DNA of 37,674 nucleotides from Thermoproteota archaeon. GTDB taxonomy: Archaea; Thermoproteota; Methanomethylicia; Methanomethylicales; JAGHCH01. Position numbers and translations under genes: made by a program. This document shows, piece by piece, positions 25,935 to 35,237 of the stretch. Every line of letters begins with the position of its first letter. Position 1 is the stretch's first letter. The notes under the pieces are model-generated. The model saw only the letters and a program-made list of their open reading frames with translations. It had not been told where the DNA came from and made no database searches. Location: the NCBI GenBank assembly GCA_021160575.1, contig JAGHCH010000061.1:1-37674 (forward strand). Direction: 5' to 3'.

Positions 25935-26713
25935 GCTATGCCATAGAAGTTGAAAACCTCACAGTAACTCTCAACTCTACAGTTGTACTTGATAGTCTCT
26001 CCTTCAAGCTGCCGCATCCAAGCTTTCTGGCAATTATGGGCCCTAATGGTGCTGGAAAGACTACTCTGATTAGAGTTCTTCTAGGCTTTCTGAAGCCGGT
26101 GAAAGGGAAAGTTAGAGTTTTTGGAATAGATCCAGTTGAGCATCCATCTGGAGTGAGGGCTCTAGCTGGGTATCTTCCTCAAAAGGAGAGAATTTCCTTC
26201 GAGATTCCCATGTGCGTGAAGGATGTTGTGTTGATGGGTAAGCTTCTCAAGAAATCTCCTCCAAGGGTTCCCACCCGAGAGGATATTGAAGCTGCGAGAG
26301 ATGCTCTCCGCGCTGTAGGCCTCGAAGAACTCTGGAACCGCTGTTTTCGAGAACTCTCGGGAGGGCAGCAGCAGCGCGTTCTCCTCGCTAGATTGCTAGT
26401 CGCTGAGCCTAAGATAGCCTTCCTCGATGAGCCCTTTGCCGGTGTAGATGTGCAAACTCAACAAGCGTTAACAGCTCTCCTCCATAAGCTGGTGCGGGAA
26501 AGGAAGGTAACCATTGTCCTTGTAACTCACGATGTGAACCCGATTCAAGAGCACACCGACTACATCTTGTTGCTGAACAGGAAGGCGATAGCCTTCGGAC
26601 ACCCCACGGAGGTGATTACCTCGGAGAATCTCTCCAAGATGTATGGTGCTCCCATCAAGGTCATTCAGTATGGTCAATATTGCTATGCCATCACAGGTGA
26701 TGTCCATGCTTGA
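25931..26713 (+). CDS. Metal ABC transporter ATP-binding protein (ZnuC-like)
   Basis: GPNGAGKTT, GYLPQ, LSGGQQQRVLLAR and LDEPFAGVD. TTG start overlaps the upstream stop. Confidence 0.92.
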   Translation: MSYAIEVENLTVTLNSTVVLDSLSFKLPHPSFLAIMGPNGAGKTTLIRVLLGFLKPVKGKVRVFGIDPVEHPSGVRALAGYLPQKERISFEIPMCVKDVVLMGKLLKKSPPRVPTREDIEAARDALRAVGLEELWNRCFRELSGGQQQRVLLARLLVAEPKIAFLDEPFAGVDVQTQQALTALLHKLVRERKVTIVLVTHDVNPIQEHTDYILLLNRKAIAFGHPTEVITSENLSKMYGAPIKVIQYGQYCYAITGDVHA

Positions 26714-27524
26714 ACCCTTCCTAGTGAGAGCACTGGTTGGCGCTCTTTTAACCTCTATTATAGCCGCTACCAGCGGAACCTTCTCAGTTCTCCGCGGGCT
26801 CTCCTTTCTGGTCTCCGGCGTAGCACACGCAGCCTTTGGAGGAGTTGCGCTAGGAATTTTCCTCCAAGAAGTTATAGGCGTGAAGTGGTTTCACCCTCTT
26901 CTAGGAGCCTTACTCTTCGCAGCTATTGTAGCTGTTGGAGCTGGATATGCTGGTGAAGGCGGTTTCACGGCTAGGATGGAGGCAGCCATTGGAGTGATCT
27001 TCGCCTTCTCCATGAGCCTCGCCGTGCTAATCATGTTCTACCTCCCTGCAGAGAAGATCCCCCTCATCTGGGGTTTCCTCTTCGGAGACATCCTCCTCCT
27101 CACCAACGAAGACCTTTTTCTGCTAGGGGCTATGACCTCCCTAATGATAGGCTTCACCATAGTCTTCCATAGAGAGTTCACCTACATTATCTTCGACCCC
27201 GAGACGGCTGAAGCATATGGCATGCGCAGCAGAGCATACCACTACCTCCTCCTCGTCCTCTCCGCCTTAGCCATAGCGGCAGCTACTAAAGCCGTGGGCG
27301 CGATACTGGTGTACGCGGTGATAGTAATTCCAGCAGCTACATCCGCTCTGGTGGGGAGGAGTATTCCATCCATAGCCTTGAGGGTATTTCTCATAGCAAT
27401 CTGCTGCCAATACCTAGGGCTCGCAGCCTCGGCAGTCTTCCAAGCAGCTCCAAGCGCTGTAGCAGGGGTTCTAGCAGCCCTCATCTACCTCATCATCCTC
27501 CTCGCTAAGAGGAGGGGCCAGTGA
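26706..27524 (+). CDS. Metal ABC transporter permease (ZnuB-like)
   Basis: GVAHAAFGGVALG, FLFGDIL, FDPETAEAYG and VGAILV...IPAA. Confidence 0.92.
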   Translation: MLEPFLVRALVGALLTSIIAATSGTFSVLRGLSFLVSGVAHAAFGGVALGIFLQEVIGVKWFHPLLGALLFAAIVAVGAGYAGEGGFTARMEAAIGVIFAFSMSLAVLIMFYLPAEKIPLIWGFLFGDILLLTNEDLFLLGAMTSLMIGFTIVFHREFTYIIFDPETAEAYGMRSRAYHYLLLVLSALAIAAATKAVGAILVYAVIVIPAATSALVGRSIPSIALRVFLIAICCQYLGLAASAVFQAAPSAVAGVLAALIYLIILLAKRRGQ

Positions 27525-27527
27525 AAG

Positions 27528-28652
27528 GTGGGCAGCATCCAAGTAGCTATAGCAAGGGTAGAGCGCAGCGATGTCTTCTTAGCTGTTAGACGGGCAGTTA
27601 ACCTCGTAGGAGGTCTTCAACTAGGCGAAGGTGATTTATTAATAATCAAGCCTAACATGCTCAACGCGAGAACAGCCCTCGAAGGCGTAACTTCAGATCC
27701 CAGAATTGTTGCCTCTCTCGTGAAGCTCGCTAGAGAGCGTGGAGCTAGGGTGGTGGTGGGCGATTCAAGCGGCTCTTCAACGCCGCTGAGAACTAGAGAG
27801 GTCTTCAAAGCCACCGGGATGGAAGACGCCGTCAAGAATGCTGGCGGCGAGGTTGTAGACTTTGATTCGCAGCAGCCAATGCTAGTTGAGGTGGCAAGCA
27901 ATCCTCCTTTAAAAGTGGTAGTGCCTCGCCTTCTCATAGAGGCCTCTATGGTAGTAAACGTTCCAAAACTGAAAACACACGTGCAGACTATCTACACTGG
28001 GGCTATAAAGAACATAGCTATGGGATGCATCATAGGGCAGACTAAACTCCTAGTCCATAGGCTCGGCAGAAGCTGCAAAGATCTTTCAAGGCTAATTGTA
28101 GACATCTATGCCTCTATTTCAAGCAATGTGAAGCTTCACGTCATGGACGCGATAGTTGGCATGGAGGGCAATGGTCCCAATGTAGGAGATCCGGTTGAAC
28201 TCAATCTTGTTTTAGCTTCAAGAAATGCTCTTGCACTGGACATTGCCGCTACACTACTAGTCGGCTTCGACCCTAAGGAGATCCCCACCATAAGCTATGC
28301 CATGCAGCGAGGTTTAGGTCCCTCTTCTATCGAGGAAGTTGAACTGATAGGTGATGCAGTATCCATTCCGGTTAAAAGGTTCAAGAAGCCTTCTATCTTC
28401 AAGACAAACCTTCTCTCCTATCTTTCCTCTTTAGCTTATCCCGTCCTTGAATGGAGACCCTATATACGAAGACAGCAATGCGCAAACTGCGGAAGCTGTG
28501 CAGACTCTTGTCCAACTTCAGCCATAGACCTCCAAACTTCCACCATAAATTATTCCAAGTGCATCAGATGTTATGTCTGCTACGAGGTATGCCCCTCTAG
28601 GGCCATAACCTTGAAGAGGAGAATCAGCCTTCCAATATCGAGGCTCTTTTAG
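27528..28652 (+). CDS. DUF362 domain protein with C-terminal 2x[4Fe-4S] ferredoxin domain
   Basis: IKPNML, TSDP, NVPKLKTH, GAIKN, GMEGNGP; CANCGSCADSCP and CIRCYVCYEVCP. Confidence 0.88.
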   Translation: MGSIQVAIARVERSDVFLAVRRAVNLVGGLQLGEGDLLIIKPNMLNARTALEGVTSDPRIVASLVKLARERGARVVVGDSSGSSTPLRTREVFKATGMEDAVKNAGGEVVDFDSQQPMLVEVASNPPLKVVVPRLLIEASMVVNVPKLKTHVQTIYTGAIKNIAMGCIIGQTKLLVHRLGRSCKDLSRLIVDIYASISSNVKLHVMDAIVGMEGNGPNVGDPVELNLVLASRNALALDIAATLLVGFDPKEIPTISYAMQRGLGPSSIEEVELIGDAVSIPVKRFKKPSIFKTNLLSYLSSLAYPVLEWRPYIRRQQCANCGSCADSCPTSAIDLQTSTINYSKCIRCYVCYEVCPSRAITLKRRISLPISRLF

Positions 28653-28664
28653 AGGGGCAATTTC

Positions 28665-29681
28665 ATGGCACGTAAGCTCATAGTGCTCGGCGAAGATATC
28701 CCTCTCATAGGCTCCATAGCCTTTGGGCTAATAGACAGGGGCACAAATCTCATTCAAGTGAGGCCCTCCACTCAATGTCTACTCTCCTGCATCTTCTGCT
28801 CCACCGATGCTGGTCCCAACTCTAGGTGGAGGCAAGTTGAGTACTTGGTGCTGCCAGATCTTCTTGTGGATGCCTTCAAGCAGTTAGCCATCTTCAAGGG
28901 AGGTAGAAAGCTTGAGGCCCACATAGACACGGTAGGTGATCCCCTCACCTACCCCCATCTAGTGGAGCTGATCTCCCTCCTAAGAGAAGTGCCTGGAGTC
29001 GAAGTGATCTCCATGCAGACTCACGGCACTCTTCTAACCGAGAAGCTCGTAGATGATCTGGCTTCTGCTGGGTTATCTCGAGTGAATCTCTCCATAGACG
29101 CCTTAAATCCTGAGCTGGCTAAGAAGATGGCTGGAACTCAACACTATGATGTTGCCCATGCCTGCTATATCGCAAGGTACATCGCCGAAAACACCTCCAT
29201 GGACATCATTATAACTCCCCTCTGGCTCCCCAAGTTCAACGACGCAGAAATCCCAAAGCTCATCGAATTCGCCCTCGGAATAGGTGCTGGAAAGCAGGTT
29301 CCCGCGCTGGGCATCCAGAAGTATGAGGTACATAAGCATGGGCGAAAGGTGAGGGGGGTTAAGCCTCAAACATGGTATCAGTTCTATCAGGAGCTACGAC
29401 TGCTGGAAAAGCGGTTTAAGACAAAGCTTGTTCTATCTCCAAGCGACTTTGGGATGTTCAAGTGTCAGCCTCTCCCTAAGCCCTACCGCAGAGGGGAGGT
29501 GCTTTCAGTCAAGGTAGTGGAATTGGGCTGGCTTCGAGGAGAAGTGCTGGCAGTTCCCCCGCGAAGAGATAGGGTGTTCACCATAGTTGGCATAGACAAT
29601 CCAGAACTGCTGCTGGGTCAGAGAATAAAGGCTGTAGTCATAGGCAACAAGGACAACATCTACATCGCTAAGCCAGCTTAG
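28665..29681 (+). CDS. Archaeal radical SAM protein with C-terminal TRAM-like domain (COG2100-like)
   Basis: IPLIGSIAFGLIDRGTNLIQVRP, CLLSCIFCSTD and EAHID.VGDP. Confidence 0.85.
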   Translation: MARKLIVLGEDIPLIGSIAFGLIDRGTNLIQVRPSTQCLLSCIFCSTDAGPNSRWRQVEYLVLPDLLVDAFKQLAIFKGGRKLEAHIDTVGDPLTYPHLVELISLLREVPGVEVISMQTHGTLLTEKLVDDLASAGLSRVNLSIDALNPELAKKMAGTQHYDVAHACYIARYIAENTSMDIIITPLWLPKFNDAEIPKLIEFALGIGAGKQVPALGIQKYEVHKHGRKVRGVKPQTWYQFYQELRLLEKRFKTKLVLSPSDFGMFKCQPLPKPYRRGEVLSVKVVELGWLRGEVLAVPPRRDRVFTIVGIDNPELLLGQRIKAVVIGNKDNIYIAKPA

Positions 29682-29807
29682 CTGAAAAATGTCGATCTTT
29701 CCTTACTCAAAGCTTGTTCCTTGAATTGTGCATCTAACCTAAGCGCAGCCTACTTTAACCTCTACATCACCAGAGCTAAAAACACTCTCTTCTCCGGAGG
29801 GCTGCAC

Positions 29808-30536
29808 GTGATACCCAATAAGCTCAAAATACTGCTATCCGGTGTGCCTGGCTTCTCCTCTCGTGGCTTCTTCGGCTGGTGCACCATAGCCTTGGTAAAA
29901 GTGAACTCCGGTGAATACCTTCTCTTCGACACTGGTCACCATGGAGACCGTCTAACACTTCTCCGCGAACTCGAGAGGATGGGGCTATCGCCAGACAAGA
30001 TTTCGCATGTCGTAGTCTCCCACCTCCACTTTGACCACTGCTTGAACATGCACCTCTTCAAGAAAGCTAAAATCTACGCCTCTGAGAAGGAGCTTAACTA
30101 CGTGCTCTCAAACGAATATGAAGCAAAGGGAGACCCCTTCGTTCCCTACGCCTATGTCAAGGACCTTTCCTCAAGGATCGCTACCGTGGAGGATGGGCAA
30201 GAACTAGCTCCTCGCTGCCAGGTAGTGCTTCTTCCGGGCCATACTCCTGGCTCTCTTGGACTGTTCCTCGAAGATGTCAAAGTAATCCTCGTGGGGGACG
30301 CCATAAGGCACGCTTGGGAGCTCCTTCATGAACCCGGCATCTGCTTCCATAGTCTTCAAGAAGCCGAGAAGAGCGCCAAGAAAGCTCTGGAGATTGCTGA
30401 AGTCGTAGTTCCAGGGCACGATAGGCCCTTTAAGCTGGAGGAAGGCAGAGTTCACTACCTTGAGGACTTCCATTTAGAATTGATTTTCAGAATCCATCCA
30501 CATGATCAGCCCGTAACGGTGAAGCTCGAAAGCTAG
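29808..30536 (+). CDS. MBL-fold metallo-hydrolase
   Basis: FDTG, SHLHFDHC, PGHTPG, GDA and PGHD. Start set to GTG 29808 after GGAGG. Confidence 0.9.
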   Translation: MIPNKLKILLSGVPGFSSRGFFGWCTIALVKVNSGEYLLFDTGHHGDRLTLLRELERMGLSPDKISHVVVSHLHFDHCLNMHLFKKAKIYASEKELNYVLSNEYEAKGDPFVPYAYVKDLSSRIATVEDGQELAPRCQVVLLPGHTPGSLGLFLEDVKVILVGDAIRHAWELLHEPGICFHSLQEAEKSAKKALEIAEVVVPGHDRPFKLEEGRVHYLEDFHLELIFRIHPHDQPVTVKLES

Positions 30537-31504
30537 TTTTTCTCCACTTTTTCCCAACATCTATTGGGGCATCTGCTGCACATACCTTTCTCCCAGCATC
30601 TTCCCATGCAGACAACCCCCGCTGTATAAGCACAAGCACAGCACGCTGAGTTAAAGAAAATCAAGCCCTTCTCTTCTGCGAGAATTCTAACTGTCCTCTT
30701 TAAGTCGCTGCAATTCACTGAGAGAAACTTCCCCTCCTTGCCGCGAATCCTCCTCCTAATCTCCCCAGTATCAACACCTGCTCTCTCCATTCTCGCTAAG
30801 ATGAGAGGAGACACCCTGAGAGCGCCAGCAACAACTCCCATCGCTCCAGCTCTCCGAGCTTCTTCGACAATGTCTTCAAGCTCGTCGTCAACTACTCCAG
30901 GAATGAGCGGCCTAAGAAATAGTACGGGCTTCAAGCCAGCTCGCTTTAGCTCCCTCATGAATTCAAATCTCTCAGCTGGTGGAGGCGCTCTCGGCTCGAG
31001 AACTCCCGCTTTCTCTAGGGAAACCACCGTGATCAAGGGGTTAACGCATATTTTCAGCTTCTTCAAAAAGTCGATGAACTCTCTTGGAGCCCTCCTCTTC
31101 GTTGAGAACTGGCATGGATTGCCAAGGTAGCGGTTCACTGCCTCTAGGTACTCCATAGTCCTCTCGAGGCATACCGGGTGTAGAGGCTCGGTAACGCTGC
31201 CAAAGGCTAGAAATGTTCCGTCTTTCCCCGCTTTGAAGTATTGGTTAAATAGGAGCGCTAATGCAAGTTCCTCTCCTGACAAGGGATAAGGCCTAATTCT
31301 CGTAAACTCAAATCCTAAATCTTGAATATAGCAGTAAACACATCTTGCGTCGCAGCCAATGCCTGGATGTACCGTGAGCCCGCACGGTCTGGGCTTTCTT
31401 TTGGCATGGCTATCTCTCTTAACCCTCAATATTCCTTTCTCGCCGATCTTCCGTGACAATTCATGTATGGTTGTCCTCCTAACTTCCATGGAGAAAAGCC
31501 TCAC
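30533..31504 (-). CDS. Radical SAM protein (SplB/photolyase-like) with Cys-rich C-terminus
   Basis: GCDARCVYCYI, GSVTEP, LEPRAPPPAERF and FLRPLIPG. Confidence 0.82.
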   Translation of the reverse strand: MRLFSMEVRRTTIHELSRKIGEKGILRVKRDSHAKRKPRPCGLTVHPGIGCDARCVYCYIQDLGFEFTRIRPYPLSGEELALALLFNQYFKAGKDGTFLAFGSVTEPLHPVCLERTMEYLEAVNRYLGNPCQFSTKRRAPREFIDFLKKLKICVNPLITVVSLEKAGVLEPRAPPPAERFEFMRELKRAGLKPVLFLRPLIPGVVDDELEDIVEEARRAGAMGVVAGALRVSPLILARMERAGVDTGEIRRRIRGKEGKFLSVNCSDLKRTVRILAEEKGLIFFNSACCACAYTAGVVCMGRCWEKGMCSRCPNRCWEKVEKN

Positions 31505-31651
31505 TAACTACCTTTATGACTTCACCCTCCTTAAAGAACTGCCACGCAGCTTATGAAAAAGGGTTCCATGCATTCTCCCGAAAATGTGAAATAATAGAGC
31601 TTTGATTTTAACGACCATAGACTTTTTCTAAAGAGGCTTGTGGTGTTGCTT

Positions 31652-32419
31652 ATGAGTGAATTCCACGAACTCGCTTCCACTTTGAGGCAGTACCTCAATT
31701 TCAAGGGGTTCGCAGTGGGTATAAAGCTGTTGAAGGAAGAGGACCTCAAGGCCCTTGAAGGCAGGTCCCACCGCTTTAGACCTGGGCTTCTGATGTGCCA
31801 GCTCTTCAACGCCGCTAGGCTCTATGGCTGGACCTTTATAGTGAAGGCGGAAGAAGCTGAGTGCATCTTGGGAGCTGTTTCGCTAGGGCTTCGAGAGCCC
31901 ACTGAGGACATGGAGTCTGGAGAACTGTTCGTTAAGCTGGGCTACGCTCCTAACAAGGAGCTTGGAAGGAAGTTTTACGAAGGAATACCCAAGCTTCCGC
32001 CAGAGTACCGAGGAGTCCTAGTGGCCCCTCTTGAGAGATCGCCTTTGAAGCCTGATCTAGTGTTCATCTACTGCAATGCAGCTCAACTGATTAGGCTTAT
32101 ACAAGCCTACAACCGGAGGCGCTGTGAGCGGCTGACCTTCAGCAGCATAGGCGATGTGGGCACATGCGGGGATGGCGTTGCTTACACTATGCTGACCAGG
32201 AGACCTCAAGTAGTCCTTCCTTGCTACGGTGACCGTCGTTTCGGGCACATTGAGGATGACCTCATGGTCTTTGCCACTCCAATAGAGTATCTTCAAGAGA
32301 TTGCTGAGGGTCTTGCGGAAACCCATAAGCTTGGAGTCCGCTATCCAGTGCCCATCGCTGGCATTACCTCTCCGCTAATTATCCCCGATATCATATTAGC
32401 AAAGGTGAGGGAGACCTAA
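31652..32419 (+). CDS. DUF169 family protein
   Basis: AVGIKL, MCQ...AR..G, CILGA..LG, APL....PDLV.IY.NAAQ, TCGD and PCYGDR. Confidence 0.85.
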   Translation: MSEFHELASTLRQYLNFKGFAVGIKLLKEEDLKALEGRSHRFRPGLLMCQLFNAARLYGWTFIVKAEEAECILGAVSLGLREPTEDMESGELFVKLGYAPNKELGRKFYEGIPKLPPEYRGVLVAPLERSPLKPDLVFIYCNAAQLIRLIQAYNRRRCERLTFSSIGDVGTCGDGVAYTMLTRRPQVVLPCYGDRRFGHIEDDLMVFATPIEYLQEIAEGLAETHKLGVRYPVPIAGITSPLIIPDIILAKVRET

Positions 32420-33483
32420 TGAGCGAGCTTTACGAGCTTCTCGAAGAGCTGATCTGCACTCCAAGTGTTACTGGCTTTGAAGACCTAGCTAGGAGGCTTG
32501 TGGCAAGGGAACTGCAGAAGCTGGGGCTCAAGGTGGACACCGACCTCTTAGGCAACGTGATAGGAGTCCATGAGGGCGGCGAGCCCAAAGTCATGGTCGC
32601 TGCCCATGTAGACCAGATAGGCATCATGGTGACCCACGTGGATGAGCGGGGCTATATCTACTTCTCAGCCCGCTCCCATGATCCCCGCGTACTCTATGGA
32701 GAACCCGTGGTCTTCCACACTGAAAAGGGACCAGTGTACGGTGTCATAGGAGCTAAGCCCATTCACCTAACGAAAGCTGAGGAGCGCGATAAAGTGGTGA
32801 AAGTTGAAGACATGGCAATAGACGTTGGAGCTTCAAGTAGAGAGGAAGTCTACTCGCTGGGCATACGCGAAGGTTCCGTTGCCACAACTCTCCTCTTCCT
32901 AAGAAGACTCCATGGAGATCGTGTGCTCGGAGTTGGATTGGATGACAAGGCTGGAGTCGCCGCAATGATCCATGCAGCTAAAATAGCCAAAGATCTAGGA
33001 GTGAAGCCTACAGCCTTTTACGTGGCAACCACGCAGGAGGAAGTTGGCGCTAGAGGAGCTATGGTCTCTGCCTTCAACTTGAAACCCGACCTAGCAGTGG
33101 TGGTCGAGGTCTGCCATGCTTCAGCCTACAACGTAGACGAAAAACTAGCCAGAGGAGTTAAACTTGGAAGCGGACCTGCCATAGGTGTAGGGCCAAATTT
33201 CCACACCAAGTTCACCCGGTTACTAATGAAGGTCGCTGAGGACCACGACATCCCCTATCAACTGGAGGCAATCCAAGGACCCAGCGGCACGGATGCTTGG
33301 GCAATACAGGTCGCTAGAGGCGGAGTAGCTACAGCTTTAATTTCCATTCCTCTCCGATACATGCACTCCCCCGGTGAAGTCATCTCGCTAGGCGACTTAG
33401 AGCACGCTTCAAAGCTCATCGCACTTCTCCTAGAGATGCTCGGCGAGGAGAACTGGAGAGACCTCTTAACCCCCAAGCTATAG
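32419..33483 (+). CDS. M42 family metallopeptidase (TET/FrvX-like)
   Basis: AAHVDQIG, IDVGA, LDDKAG, QEEVGARGA, GTDA and RYMHSP.E. Confidence 0.93.
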   Translation: MSELYELLEELICTPSVTGFEDLARRLVARELQKLGLKVDTDLLGNVIGVHEGGEPKVMVAAHVDQIGIMVTHVDERGYIYFSARSHDPRVLYGEPVVFHTEKGPVYGVIGAKPIHLTKAEERDKVVKVEDMAIDVGASSREEVYSLGIREGSVATTLLFLRRLHGDRVLGVGLDDKAGVAAMIHAAKIAKDLGVKPTAFYVATTQEEVGARGAMVSAFNLKPDLAVVVEVCHASAYNVDEKLARGVKLGSGPAIGVGPNFHTKFTRLLMKVAEDHDIPYQLEAIQGPSGTDAWAIQVARGGVATALISIPLRYMHSPGEVISLGDLEHASKLIALLLEMLGEENWRDLLTPKL

Positions 33484-34155
33484 GGGGAGGATAGGCACTT
33501 CAAAGGCAACCTTTGAGATGAAGTGCGCTCCAAAGAGTATCAGAACTACGCCGAAAACAGCTAAGGTGGCGGCATAGCTCTTGGGGCTGAGGAGCTTCCT
33601 TCCAGTGTGCGCTGCTCTAGCCACCACTGTCAGCCACGCGTAGTCCATCCAGACATGCAACACATACATGATGAGCACTCCTACAAGAGCAGCTAACGCC
33701 AAAGCTTCCAAAACCAGCTGAGCCCCTATTGTGAGCCACCATAAGATGAAGAAGGGGTTAAAAGCGCTCAGCACAGCTCCCACAAAGAACGGATTGTCCA
33801 TAAGCCTTGCCGCTCCACTACCTTTCTTCTCATCCACCTCGAAGAAATCCACACGTCTTCTCCATGCGTTAACTCCATCTCTAAGCTGAAGCAGCCCCAA
33901 TGCTATAAGAACCACGCCGCCCCCTATCCCCAAAGCTAGCTTCACAGCTGTTACGTTGAGGACTGTGAGAAGACCTAGCGCCAGCAAGAGCACTAGTGGT
34001 AGCTCCACAGCACTATGTCCAACAGCCACCTTAAACCCAGACCAACCTCCCTTCTTCACACCCATCAATAGTGTGGCGAAGAATAGGGGTCCCGGAGCTA
34101 GTGCCCCTGACGCTGTTAACACCACCACGAGGACAGCAAAACCAAGCCAATCCAT
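33478..34155 (-). CDS. LysE family translocator
   Basis: SGALAPGPL, GH..VE and NPFFILWWLTIG; about six TM helices. Confidence 0.88.
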   Translation of the reverse strand: MDWLGFAVLVVVLTASGALAPGPLFFATLLMGVKKGGWSGFKVAVGHSAVELPLVLLLALGLLTVLNVTAVKLALGIGGGVVLIALGLLQLRDGVNAWRRRVDFFEVDEKKGSGAARLMDNPFFVGAVLSAFNPFFILWWLTIGAQLVLEALALAALVGVLIMYVLHVWMDYAWLTVVARAAHTGRKLLSPKSYAATLAVFGVVLILFGAHFISKVAFEVPILPL

Positions 34156-34257
34156 GGCGGGGGCTCTCCAGCAGCTTTTTCAAGGCTTTAAGGCAGCACA
34201 TCTACATAGAGATTTCTCAGAACTAGTGCTCTTAGCGGGGCTTGGAAGTTAGAGCCA

Positions 34258-34531
34258 ATGGCGATCGACGTCGAGAAGGTGCGCCAAGCATTGGAGCGGC
34301 TCAACTACCTTAGAGCTCCCAAGATCACCGCGAAGCTGATCTCCATCAAAGATGACTGTGTAACCGTAGACTTCAATGGTTTTTCTCCTCGTCGATGTCT
34401 GCTGCATAGCGGATTGGTTTGACAATCTCCGCTTTGAAATGGAGTCCCTCCTTGGAAGGAGGATTCAGGTAAAATCCATAGAGGTGCTCTCGCCAGTAAA
34501 GCATCGTGTGATATACGAAGTAACGCTGTAA
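34258..34531 (+). CDS. Small conserved-looking archaeal protein (90 aa if repaired), frameshifted in a T5 run at 34380-34384
   Basis: MAIDVEKVRQALERLNYLRAPKITAKLISIKDDCVTVDFNG continues after removing one T as FLLVDVCCIADWFDNLRFEMESLLGRRIQVKSIEVLSPVKHRVIYEVTL*. Absent from the ORF track. Confidence 0.65.
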
Positions 34532-34537
34532 CCTTTT

Positions 34538-34741
34538 CTAAGAAACTTCTTCAATTGAGATGGCTCCTGTAGGGCAGCTCTCCTTAGCTTCTCGTGCGCA
34601 ATCAGCGAGTTCTCCCTCAACAACCTCTATCTTCACTACTGCTTGCCCATCCTCGCTGAGCTCAAAGACGTCTGGGCAGAGAGAGCTGCAGGTACCACAG
34701 CCAATGCAAGTTTCCTTCTCCACAGAAACCCTTGCCTTCAT
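34538..34741 (-). CDS. Monocluster ferredoxin
   Basis: CIGCGTCSSLCP...CPTGAI. ATG 34741 follows a GAGGTGG SD. Confidence 0.92.
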   Translation of the reverse strand: MKARVSVEKETCIGCGTCSSLCPDVFELSEDGQAVVKIEVVEGELADCAREAKESCPTGAISIEEVS

Positions 34742-34877
34742 AGCATTCCACCACCTCGGCATCTAGCCTTAATTTTAATAAAATAAAATAAGGTTTTTCT
34801 TTAAGCTTTATGCAAACTTTTATCCTTCTCAAAGCTTCTTAGAGTAGCATGAGATTCTCTCTCAGAGGTGCTTTCCT

Positions 34878-35237
34878 GTGGATCTGAAAATTCTTAGAAG
34901 ACAGCTGGAGGCTGGAGATCTCGACGTCAAGGAGATCATGGGCTGCCTTCTTCAGCTCAACGACTTAGAGATAAAAGCGTACCAAGCCCTCTGCGAAGGT
35001 CCATTAACTGTGGCCAAGGCCTCTTCGAAGCTAAAGAAAAGCAGACCTACAACTCAGAGAGTGCTTTCTTCCTTGGTTGCCAAGGGGCTGGCAATTAGGA
35101 GAGTCGCTCCTTTGAAGAAGGGGGGCTACGTATACATCTACCACGCGATTTCAAAGGAGCAGCTGAGGGAACTTCTCCTAGTCCGTTTAAACCACTGGTA
35201 CTCCAAGATAGTTGACGTGATCTCCAAGATCTGCTAG
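34878..35237 (+). CDS. TrmB-like HTH transcriptional regulator
   Basis: CLLQLNDLEIKAY, LKKSRPTTQRVLSSLVAKGL and GGYVYIY; GAGGTG SD. Confidence 0.85.
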   Translation: MDLKILRRQLEAGDLDVKEIMGCLLQLNDLEIKAYQALCEGPLTVAKASSKLKKSRPTTQRVLSSLVAKGLAIRRVAPLKKGGYVYIYHAISKEQLRELLLVRLNHWYSKIVDVISKIC

